Shown piece by piece: positions 1 through 11,708 of a DNA stretch of 64,000 nt. The notes under the pieces were generated by a model, which had not been told where the DNA came from, did not search any database, and was given only the letters and a program-made list of their open reading frames with translations. The DNA lies in NCBI GenBank assembly GCA_033442325.1, contig JAWQFM010000009.1:1111729-1175728 (forward strand), given 5' to 3'. The translations under genes were made by a program, and so were the position numbers. Each line of letters begins with the position of its first letter. Position 1 is the stretch's first letter. This stretch comes from Salpingoeca rosetta (lineage: Eukaryota; Protista; Choanoflagellata).

Positions 1-3000
1 CTCCCCTTGGCTTCGACCATCGCCTCCCCCTCCACCACTGCGGCCACACCCGCCAACAACAGCAGCAGTGTCAACAGCACGGGTACTACAACTGCCACTA
101 GCACCAGCGCGATGACAACAACAACAACAACAAGCACAAGCAGTGACGGTGGTGGCGATAATTCACTTCCGCTGACGCTGACTGCACAAGGGTTTGAGTT
201 GCGGCTTGCGCACCTGCGTCCATTTCAGCGCGTGCACATTGTGATTGAAGGGCAGGTTGTGCAGGACGTAATCCCACAAGACAAGCTTGTCAACTCCGCA
301 AGCCTGCGCTACGACACAAGCCCCGACAACGAGACCGCCGCGTACCCTGGAAAAGAGTACGCGCTTGACCTTGACGTGACGACGGTGGTTGTCAGCCCCG
401 TTGCCCGCTACGAGGTGACCAGCTTATCCGAGGCTGAGACCCTGGACAACGTGCTCACAATTGGCGAGGAGGCGACCGTGGATGTGCTGTGGAACCTTCC
501 TGAGGGTGAGATGCCGGGCGCGGTGCTGGCGGTGTCCGTGCCGCCGCACACGACGTTCCTCAACGCAACGATAGTTCGCATTGGGCGGTCGATTAGCGGC
601 TCCAATGTTGTGCCATATCAGACGTATGACGACAACTTTGCTGTGCTTCCATCTGACCCAACCGCTGTTCTCATCGACCTGGGTGACCTCAGCAACACCT
701 TCAACAACACCGTCAACCTGCAAGACGACATTCACGTGAGTTGTTTGTGTGTGCGTGTGCGTGTGCGTGAGTTGTGTGCGCGCGCACGTGTGTGTGTGTG
801 TGTGTGTGCGTGTGTATGTTAGTTGTGGTTATACGTTTTCTTATATCTGTTTACCTGTGTGCGTGTGTGTGTTGGACGATCATTTCTCATCTCACCTCAC
901 GCAAACTCGACGACGTTGTTGTGCGCATCGACTTCTCTGCCTTTCCCTGCACGGCTTTCATAACCACAGGTCCGCGTTCGCTTCTTCGTGGACAATGATC
1001 CCGCCAATGCGCTCAACACGTTCATCAACGTTGAGACTGGGCTGGCGTGGCTTGGTTCTGCGCGGTGGGTGGACAGCAGCTATCCCATCAAGATTGCAGA
1101 GCCGCTGGTGTCCAGCTCCGTCTCCACACCAACAGCCCGCCCTGATGCACAGGACCTGCTCACATACACAACCATTGTGCAGCATGACGCTGCTTCAACG
1201 TCCCCGATTTACAGGGTGCGTGCGCATGTGTGTATGTGCATTTGTGCACGTGTTTGTGTGCGTACTTGTATGCGTACTTGTGTGCGCACTTGTGTGCGTA
1301 CTTGTGAGCAGTTTCGTGCTCGTATAGTTGATGTGCATGCATACCCATGCCGCCTTCTCATCCAGCCAACACTCGTGACGTGCGCACACACATGCACTCA
1401 CTCACTCACTCACTCATACTCGCTCACTCACTCACTCACTCATACTCGCTCACTCATACTCGCTCGCTCGCTCGCTCACTCTTCCGCTTCCGCTATTCAT
1501 GCAGGCGACAGTGGTGGTGACCACACCAGCAGAGGTGCAGCTGCAAACGGGTAGCATTGACATCTTCAGCGGAACAGTGCTGTCATCAACCCCAACACTG
1601 CGCGTGGTGAACGCATCTGTGTTTGAGGTTGGGTTTGAGAAGATGAGCGTGCTCGCGAGCGACGGGGACGAGAAGCTGACCATCACATATGACGTCGTGG
1701 TTGTGGATGAGATTCGAGCAAACGAAGACATCATCGTGACGACGACCAACTCGTGGTGGTCCACGCCAACCAACTTTACCCACCCTGGCCGCTTCCGCGA
1801 TGGCTTCAACGACACATCACCCTACTTTGGCGAGACATCACAGCACATCAACCCGGCGAAGCAGAACAGTGTGACCATGTATCTGGATCGCTCCTCCCTC
1901 GAAGACACCATCGGCACGCAAGTCAACGTTGCTGAGGAGCTGGTGTATCGCTCGTGCATCACCGTGCTGGAGGGCCACACCAACGTGTCCCTCGCCATCG
2001 CCATGCACTCTGGACTGGACTTCCTCAACGCCAGCTTGTACTCCGTCGGCGCCGACATCGCAGAGTCGCTGTCCTTTGTTGAAGGCGACATGTTCAACGC
2101 CACAACAGATGACAGCACCGGTGGACCTTTGGTCCTGTTTGCCTTTGGTGAACTCGTCAACACCGCCACGAACGTTGAAGATGATGGTGACGCCATCTGC
2201 ATTGAGCTGGCCGCCCTCGTTGCAAACATGTGCGTATTATTGCGTGTTAGGGAAGTGTGTGTGTGTTGCGTGTTTGCGTGTGTGTGCGTGTGTTTGTGTG
2301 TGTGGTTTGTCTGTGTTGTGTTGTTGCATGTGGTTTGTGTATGTGTATATGTGCGTGTGTTGCGCATGTGTGTGTGTGTATGTGGTTTGTGTGTGTGTAC
2401 AATTGACGCCATGTGTCTCCGTCTGTACCGTTTTGTCTCTCCCTCTCTGTATGTCTCCTGATGTGCGGTTGAGTCGCAGACGTCTGCAATAGCATGCCAT
2501 CGCTCACCCTCTTCCGCGTTGTTGTTTACTAACACTCCCAGCCCTGAAAACATCAACGGGATTGTGCTGCCGGCGACGGCCACGCTCGTGACCGACACGA
2601 CGCAGCTGACATCCAGCACTGAGACTGTGCGCGTCATCGAACCCGTCGTCACCACCGACCCCGTGGCCATCACAATCCCAGGACAGGTGGGTTCCAGCAT
2701 GCGCACAGTCTTGATTAGGCGATTTGCACCACTTGTCTCGTGTCACTCTGCCCATAGCATCTTGCACACTTGCCCTGTTGGCCACACTACAACCACTGTG
2801 GTTTGGGGCCATCGCTGGACACACGCACACTCACACACACATACACACACATGCGCTCGCATTCGACACACACACACACACACACACTCACTCATACGCA
2901 CACACTCACCCCCCCCCCCCACACACACACACCATAGGGCGCTGTGGAAGTGCTGAGCATTGACAGTGAGGCGGTGGATGCTGGCGATGAGGTTTCATTT

Positions 3001-6000
3001 GAGATTACGGTGCGGCACTTGCCATCATCGACCTCCACGACGTTTGACGTGTTCATCGAGGCTCATCTGCCCGACTACACGGCTGTCGTCTCCGTGCAGC
3101 AAGGCACCCTGCCGACCACCATCAACACCACCGTGCCGGGGTATGTCGTGTGGCACCTGCCCAAACTCACGCTGGAGGAAGAGTCCTACACCACGTCCGT
3201 CACTGTCCGCGTACGCAACGACATCATCCCATCTGCCGCCGACCTGAAGTGCGACGTCACCACCACGGCACACTCGTCCCCGCTCGCAGACAACGCAGAC
3301 GCAAAGGCGTTCACCAGCGTTGCAGAGTCGGCTGTTCTCCTCGTCAAAGGTGTCAACGACGACCTGGAACTGGTCAGCACCAGCATCGCCGCCACAGCCG
3401 GGTACGACGTTGCTGTGCACGAGCTCGCCACCTTCCAATACACATTGGTGCTGCCCGAGGGCACCGTGCCGTCCATCACACTCATCATTGACCAGCCGAG
3501 CGATGACAGCCTGCGCCTGGATCGGGTTGAGCTGCATTTTGGCGCAAACGTGGCGTGCGAGGGCGTGCCTGTGCTTGAGGATGCTGCGGGTGCGGTTGAC
3601 CACGTGCTGCAGTTTGACAACTGCGTCAACACGTACGACAACGAGGATGACGACGCTGATCTCATGGTGGTGACCATCGTCACGGTCGTGCAAGATGTTG
3701 TGTCCACGCTTGAGGACCGCAACAAGGCGATGCGCTTCCGCCTGCAGACTGTGCACACACACGGGACGCCGGGCAGCACGCGAAAATCATCGTACATGGA
3801 GACGCTCAGGTTGCAGCTGCCAAACGCGGCAATGGCGCTTGACACAGTGGTGCGCAACCATGTGCTGCCTGGGGACACGCTGCAGTTCGATGCTACTGTT
3901 GAGCAGGATGGTAACTTCCTGGCCCCAATGTTCAACACCAGCCTTGATATTGCCATCCCATCGTCCCTGATTCCCGTGCTTGTGCTGGTCGGCGTGAACG
4001 GCGCGCCGCTCACCGACCACCCGTTCACCCTTCGCGACGGCACCAACGGCACTGCCACGTCCGTGCTGTCCATTCCACTCGCCACCATTCTTCCGGATGA
4101 CACGGCTGCCGTGCGCGTCCTTACTGAGGTTGGCTCCGATGTTGAGCAAGGGCTCGCCATTGCCGCCAACGCCACGCTCACGTTCGACACATCCGAAGGG
4201 TCGCCGACCTACCCTGGCCGCGTGTATGCTGTCGCTGATGACTTCAAGACACTCTACGTGGCAGCGCTCGTCCTGACGCAAGACATTGTCCGCCTCAACT
4301 TTCCAGGCGAAACTGATGTTACAGAGGTGTCCGTGTACGAGCCCCTCACACTTCGCCACACCGTGCGTGTGCGCGGAAGCTATGCGCTGACCACCACCAT
4401 CAGCCTTCCCGCTGGCGGTGGTGCTGGTGCTGGTGCTGGTGGCGGGGACGAGGAAGCCATGATCGTGGACACATGCACGACAGTTTCTGTTGGCGACAAC
4501 GTGCTCATCACCCCTGGTGCGACATCACCAGGCAATGTCGTGCAGCCCACAATTGTGCATGATGCGAACACACACACCATCACGTTGGCGTGGGGCGATG
4601 CCGTGAACGAGGCCACGTCGGCCGTGTACACGCAGGATGACGACATTGTGTACGAGTGCAATGCGCGCGTGCGCAACTTGGTGTGGATCGAAGCTGGTGA
4701 TGTGTTTGCGTTGGGCGGCAACGCAGAATACGCCGTGTTCACGTCCTCGGAGGAGCACATGCTCACCGTGAGCGACCCGGAGCTGGTGTTTGCATCCTTC
4801 ACTCCGTCATTTGGCGCCACAGAGCAATCGCCGGTGACGCCCGTGCAAGCACAGGAGGCTGTAACGTTTGACTTTGCCGTGAACAACTCCCTCGCCGCGA
4901 GCGTCGTTGCTGCCACCGCATTTGATGCGCAGCTGCTGCTGTTCTTGCCGGGAATTTCAAACGCCGTCGTCGCCAGCGCAGACCCGTCAACGCAGCTTGA
5001 GTATGACACAGACTTGGAGGCGTACCGGCTGCTCGTTGACCGCGTCGGCGAAGCGGAGATGTGGACCGTCACCCTCGCCGGCACCGCCATCACGCAACTC
5101 CCCGTGGGCGTGCCCGTTGAGCACTCCGCACAGCTTTCGTGGCTGAGCACAGCGGACCCCACCCGCGAGCTCGCCCGTCTGCACACGGAGGAGCCACCCA
5201 CATCGTGGACCATGACAGTGCGCCATCCACAGCTGGACTTGGCCGTGTACTCCACGCGCACTGTTGGTGGGTGGAGGCGTGTTGCTGGCGACGCACAAGC
5301 TGGTAGCAACAGCAGCCCTGCCCCCGAGGTCACCGTGGGTGGTGTCATCTGGCTCACCCTGACTGTGGATGTGTATGCTGGTTTGCACACGGACCTCAAA
5401 GCGGTGCTGGATGTGCCCGAGGGCTTAGTGCTCGTTGACCACGTTGTGAGCGATGGCCACCCCAACATCGACCTTGGTGCTGGCCCAACCGTTGTTGAGA
5501 CGGGCAGCGCTGACGGCGAGTATGAGTTTGTGTTTGGCAGCCCGCTGGCAACTGCTGAGGACACTGTCGTGCTGAACGTGTACTTGCGGGTGGCAGATGA
5601 CAAGAGCGTCAACTTCAACGGCGCCGTGAAGACCCTGCGTGCGCACCTCGACTACACAGAGTTCACGAACCAAGACGACCAGCAGCTGGACGTGGTGGTG
5701 GTGTACCCGCTCTTGCAGCTCACGGGCGACACGAGCGTGGCAACCGCAGATGCAGGCGACACGATCGTGCTCACGCAGCTCCTCAGGCACACGGATCAGT
5801 CTGAGGCCCCCGCCTACAACATCACCGTGGGCTTGATGGTGCCAGGCGCAGCGCTGCTCACCAACGTGACGGCTGTGCGCTCGATGCAGCACACGGGCAC
5901 CAACGGCACAGTCTTTGTTGAACACGCCTTTGAGCAGTACGAACCAACGCCCATCATCGACCTTGGCTTGCTCAACGAAACTGATGCGGTGGTGGTGACG

Positions 6001-6912
6001 TGGACGTTTGTGGTGCAGCAGCGCGTGCAACCGTCAAGCACGCTTGCCTTTGCCGCAGCAGCAACATACAAGCACGGCTCCCTCACCACCAGCCGCCAAG
6101 AGACGGCCGTTATGGCTCCACTGGACGTGGTGGTTCCTGGTATTCACCTGCAAGCCCCTGGCGAGGACGATGAGGGTCGGGCGCGCGACTACGGCGTCGG
6201 CGATGTCATTCACATGCAGGTTGATATGGACCTGCCTGAGGGCACGCTCCCCGAGCTTGTGGTTGATCTTCACACTACGCCTGGCACGGCAATTGTTGGT
6301 GCCAGCCTCTCTTCGCTCACAGGCCACATCTTTGCCTCTGACAACGAGGGGAGCGTGGCTGTGATGCAAGGCGGCCAGGAGAGTGCGCTGCTTGGCGCTG
6401 ACAGCAACAGAAGGAGACGCCGTGCTTCCGGCAACGATGACGACGATGATGGCGCAATGATGAGCAGTGCTGCCAACGCCACTCAGCGGCTGTTTGATGT
6501 GGAAGCTGACGCCAACCAGCGTGTTTCAGCCGTGCGCGTGCGCGTGTTCAACGTCACGAACAACTTCAACAACGTTGAGGACACCCGGGACCGCCTTGTT
6601 CTCAACGTGACGGTGGCTGTGCTGGACGACGAAGCCATCTCTCGCAACACAACCGTCAATGTTACGGCAAGTGTGTCTGTGCCATGGAGCGCGGCCAGCG
6701 TGGCCGTCAGCCCGACTTACAACATTGGCGAGCCTGCGCTCAACGTTGAGACGTTCTGGGCCTTTGATGACTCGACGGCTGTTCTCGTGTTTGTGCACAC
6801 GATTGCCCACGCCAACAACTCCGACCTGAACGCAGCCAACCTCCACCTCACCTCAAACGTCACAGGTACGGCGCTGTGGGTGTATGTGTGTGTGTGTGTG
6901 TAAGTGTGTAAG

Positions 6913-6974
<62 letters not shown>

Positions 6975-9900
6975 CGAGTGATTTAGTGCTTGAGATGCAT
7001 GTGAGTGTGCGAGAGTGTGCGTGTATGTGTATGTGTGTGCGAGCAGGAGAGTATGGGCTTGAGATGAATGTGGGTGTGTGTGTACCGTCTGTTGCGCGTT
7101 CTCACGATTACCAACTGTTTGATCACCCCACCGTGTTCACCACACAGGCACACTGATTGTGACCACGAGCAACATGACCAATGGAACCGACTGGGTGAGC
7201 AGCCACAGCCTGCGTTTTGTAGTTGCTGTTTGACATGTGCTTTGCGTGTTTCATGCTGCTTGCAAGCACGGCAAATGTCAAATTGATCGGCCTTTTCTTT
7301 CTTTGCTTTCGCTCATGTACGCACGTACGCGCGAAATACAGGATCTTCTTGTTCGCGGTGAGAGCATCGTGGCGTATCATGTGGTGGTCGTGGACAGCGC
7401 GTCGCCACAGGGTGCATCCGTGTGTGTGCAGCCGACAGTCGAGTACAACAACGCAGGAAGCAGCAGCCCGCGTGCATACGCGCAGACGGAGCACCGAGAC
7501 TGCTTCAAACTGCCCGAACCAGCAAGAAGCCGGTGGCAACGGTCCATGTTTGTGACGCTCCTTGCCATTGCGTGTGGCGTGCTGTTCCTCGTGCTGCTCT
7601 TCCTTGCTGTGAGCGAGCGGCGGCGGCGTCGTCGCGGTGGGAAGAACGTGGGCAAGCTGCCCAAGCCAGCCAAGGTGATGGTGCGACCAACGTCACTGAT
7701 TCGCCGACAAGGCTCAGCAGCAGCGTCGTCGCCACGCGACGCGCTTGCCCTTGGCAATGATGACGAGGACATGGACTACCTTGTTGTTGGCGATGACATT
7801 GATCACACATACGCAGCACCGCGAGGGCCGCTGATTGCGCTGGGTGATGGGCTGTACGCTGAGATTGACCAGGTGCTTGAGGCGCACGCTGGTGACGAAG
7901 AGGGTGACTACTACTGCACCATCAACTCGGCGTTTCAGGATGTGTATGAGGACATCAACAGCTTCTATGCCAACGCGCGTGTGCGGCTGCCTGATGGCAC
8001 GTATGCGCAGATGAATCGCTACTTCTTCAATGACGACGGCAAACTACGGCGCAAGAACCGTGACACGAACGATGAGCACATCTACGAAGGTGTGTTTGTG
8101 CTGCATGTGTGTGTGTGTGTTTGTGCTGCGTTTGTGAATGCTGTGTGATGGAGAAGTGCTATGTGCGACTTGAGTGTGTGTGTGTGTGTGCACACACGTT
8201 AGTCTGGGTGGTATTTGTGCTTTGTGTATATGTGTTGTTTGTGAGTATGAGTGAGTGTGTGTTTGCCCTGATGCTGCCTTTCTTGAACTTCTAAAACCCG
8301 CCACCTTTACACCAATCTCACACTGCTTCTCGGCCCGTTTTCTCTTTCCAATGTCGCGTGTGCTTCACGCTGCAATGTCATTGCAGAAATTCCCGAGGAC
8401 GATCCAATCTACGAAGAGATCAAGGATGTGCTCGCGGGCACACGGCCCCGCCAGCCAATGCCTGTCATCCGCACGAAGGACAACCGGCAGCTTGGTCTTC
8501 GCCGCGTGTTCCGGCGCAACAGCGACGGCTCCCTCGTGCCGTGCTTCTACCACGACAGCGGGCTGTATGCCGATGCTGCTGTTGTGCGCACGGAGAATGG
8601 CGAGTATGCTGACGCCTCTGACTTCTTCAAGCGAGACGGGCGCGTGTTTGAGCCGCTGTACGAGGAAGCGCACATTCTGCACGACACTGGCGAGTATGCC
8701 GGGGCCAGGGAGGCCATGTACGACGTTGCCAACCCGTCCCATGACGAATATCTGGATGCCGATGCGATTTACGACATTGGCGAGGCGCAGGGGGACGAGC
8801 GCATGTACGACATGGGAGCAGACGTGCAGACCGACGATCCAATCTACACCATGGGCAACGACAACGAGGAAGGTCTGGATGCCATTTATGACATGGGGCA
8901 GGAGACAGGCACAGATGCGCAGTACGCGCTTGGCAACACCGACAATGCGGATGCTGATGGTGACGCCACGTACGATGTGGGCAACGCTGATGCCGTGTAT
9001 GGCGCTAGCGCAGATGACGACGACACGCTTGAACCCGTTTACGATGCCGGGCAGGAAGGACTGAACAGCGCAGATCCCCTGTACGATGTCGCCAACCGCC
9101 CTGGAACTGCAGGCGGCGGCGGCGGCGGCGCAGATGGCGGTGGTACCAGGGTTCGCAAGCGTGACAGTGAGCCAACCTATGACACCGCCACATTCCGCCG
9201 GCGTGCGTCTGATCAGCCGCCGCCGCTGAGCGGGCAGCGTCTGGGCAGTGCCGCAGACACATACGATCTTGGGGATGGAATGGCGCTTGGGGGTGGTGGA
9301 GATGGCGACGCAACGTATGACATTGGCAACGAGGAAGGGGACGCGCTTGTTGGCGGCAACAGCCATGGTGCTGGTACGACTACCGATGGTGATGATGATG
9401 CGGTGTACACGCTCGGAGACGAGATGGACGGGTTCATCGATGACCACCCACTGTCCAGCGTCGTCAGCAGCGGTCAATCCTCGCACCGCCACCACTATGG
9501 CGGGCGGTCGTCAGCGGGGCCCATGATTGTTGCACCAGAGCCATCCATCCGCAACAGAGGCGACGGTGATGATGGCAATCTCTCTGTGGCAGCGTCGAGT
9601 GACGTGTACTCCATTGCCAAGTCCGACGCAAGCCGCACCGGTGGTACCATGGGCCATCAACACCGCCACCACCAGCACCACCACCGCCACCAGTTCCACC
9701 GCCACCAGCAGCAGCAGCAGCAGCACGAGGCGACGTATGCACCATACCCGCTGCAGGATGGCGCTGATGACATTTACGACGTGAGTCCCCTCAACAACGC
9801 CGTTGCGCCGGAGGACGTGGACGAGGAAGGTGATTACGACGCGCAAACGACGAGGAAGGGCAGCAGCAACATGAGCAACGCTGGCAGCGACGGCGCTGAC

Positions 9901-10539
9901 GATTTGTATGCGATGGCCAACAAGTTTGGATACAGCGGCGGCGGTCGTGACAGCATTGATGAGCTGCCGCTGCCGCCACCACCGCCACTGCCACTGCCCA
10001 TGATGGGAGCAAACACCGCAGGCAACAGCAACACCAGGACACGGCCGGCGAACACGTCGCCGCAACAGGAGAAGCGCGCACAGCAGCGGTACAAGCCCGT
10101 GTACGAGGCGCTGAACGAAGCAGAGGACGATGAGAGCGACGCTGACGATGGCTACCAGCGCGCAGACAGCACAGACGAGGACGAGGACGAGGACAGCGTG
10201 TATGGCCACGGCCGCTCCGGTAGTGAGCGAGGTGACTCGTTTGACGCAGATGCGCTGGAGACGCGTGCTGGCCCCAACAACACGTTGGTTGTGAAACGCC
10301 GCGGGACACGCGACGTGGAGGACATTTATTCCGTGATTCAAAAGGCGACGACACCGCCCCCACCGGACCTGCCGTCCCGCTCGCACTCGTGCGCGTCATC
10401 GGTGGTGTCGATCCAGTCGCTTGAAGCATCGCCAAAGGGACAGCGCAGCGTGCGGCCGCCCCCACGCCTCCGAGCCCCGAGCGGACAAGTGAAGCAGAAG
10501 AGCACCATCTCCATGGAGTGGGATCCACACATGCAGTAG
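1..10539 (+). CDS. Giant type-I membrane protein (>2900 aa, 5'-truncated): alternating DUF11/fimbrial-D2-like Ig-fold repeats, one TM helix, long Tyr-motif-rich cytoplasmic tail without a kinase
   Basis: Exons <1-735, 970-1215, 1505-2229, 2542-2686, 2938-6865, 7148-7194, 7342-8089 and 8387-10539 join in frame with GT-AG introns (8727 nt). Ectodomain repeats: TS..T...(I/V)GE......LPEG and EP......DAGD...H...S. TM segment MFVTLLAIACGVLFLVLLFLAV (~7546-7611) is followed by RRRRRR. The tail carries about 35 Tyr motifs. Confidence 0.85.
2527..2541 (+). other. Canonical branch point TACTAAC plus 3' splice site of gene 1 intron 3
   Basis: The sequence tactaacactcccag ends at the AG (2540-2541) that restores the reading frame. 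Confidence 0.6.
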
Positions 10540-11399
10540 GCAGTAGCAGCATCCGCTGTTGTGTCTGTGTGTGTGTCTCTGTGTGTGCGTGTGTGTGTGA
10601 AAGCAGCTTGCGCGGAACACGAGGGCGGGTTGTGTGATGTTGTGTGATGTTGCGTGTGTTGTCGGGTTTTGTGACAGTGCAGCTGAGCTGTACAGAAGAC
10701 ATGTGTGTGTTGTGTTGTGTCGAGAAGAAGCATGTACAAATTTGATTCATTGATTGAACAAGGTCCATCCATAGCGACAGCCAATTAAAAGTGAAGCAAC
10801 AACAGAACGAACAAGGACTTGTATCACATCATCACGAAACACAGCAGAAATGAACACCAAGCCTGCGAGAGTCGTGTGAACAAGTACATGCGAAACAGAC
10901 AAGAGCATGGGAACAGAACCAGCACACACAAGCACACACACACACACACAGCCGTGTCATAGGATACATGAAGCAGTCATACATGAACACATGAATACGT
11001 TAAAATGAGCAAAACACGGACAAGGCACAACGACAAAAGCAACACATCAGCATGCTCTGTGCCCGGAAACGAACAAAAGAACACCGGAGCAGCTGTTGAA
11101 GACAAAGCACAAACCACAAACGACTAACCACCGGCGAGAAGTTGCACGCAATGGACAACATGTGCACACACACGCGCGCGCGGAAAGGCGCACTCGCACA
11201 ACTGCGTCTCGCAGAACCACAACGACAGCGCAGAGAAAGCAAACCGCTCATGACGACTGTCACAGGGCGCGGCCTTGAACAATAGCTCGCCAGTGCACGT
11301 GTCACACCAGCGGGTCTGCATGGCTCAATCCTTTGTGTCTACACACCATTGTATCGAGTTATTCTGCGACACAACAGCGTCTGTACACCATCACGATGT

Positions 11400-11647
11400 C
11401 TACATGTCCTCGTGTCCGTGTGTGCGGAGTTGACCGAGTGGGTTGTTGAACTTGGCGCGGTCTGCGGGTTCGGGATCAGATGTCAGTGGCGCCGTCTTTT
11501 GTGCACGCGCCCTGGTGGTGGTGGTGGTGGTGGTGGTGAGGAGGAGGAGGAGCGAAGGGGGTACGTGGAGTAGGTGAGCAGACGATGAGAGGGAAGGGAC
11601 GAGAGGAAATGGTGGGTTGTAGAAATTGCAGAGATTCAGTGGATGGT

Positions 11648-11708
<61 letters not shown>

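Noticed and set aside
10500-10539. Receptor C-terminus as the ligand for the PDZ-SH3 protein in this window
   Set aside because: It ends in -PHMQ, not a hydrophobic PDZ-binding terminus. The genes are 30 kb apart and eukaryotic proximity does not imply a pathway.
11124-11321. Cys-rich minus-strand ORF downstream of the Lon-N gene as a possible cereblon CULT domain
   Set aside because: It lacks the NPxG and WFPGYxW motifs, and the Lon-N gene already stops at 11400; more likely 3' UTR.
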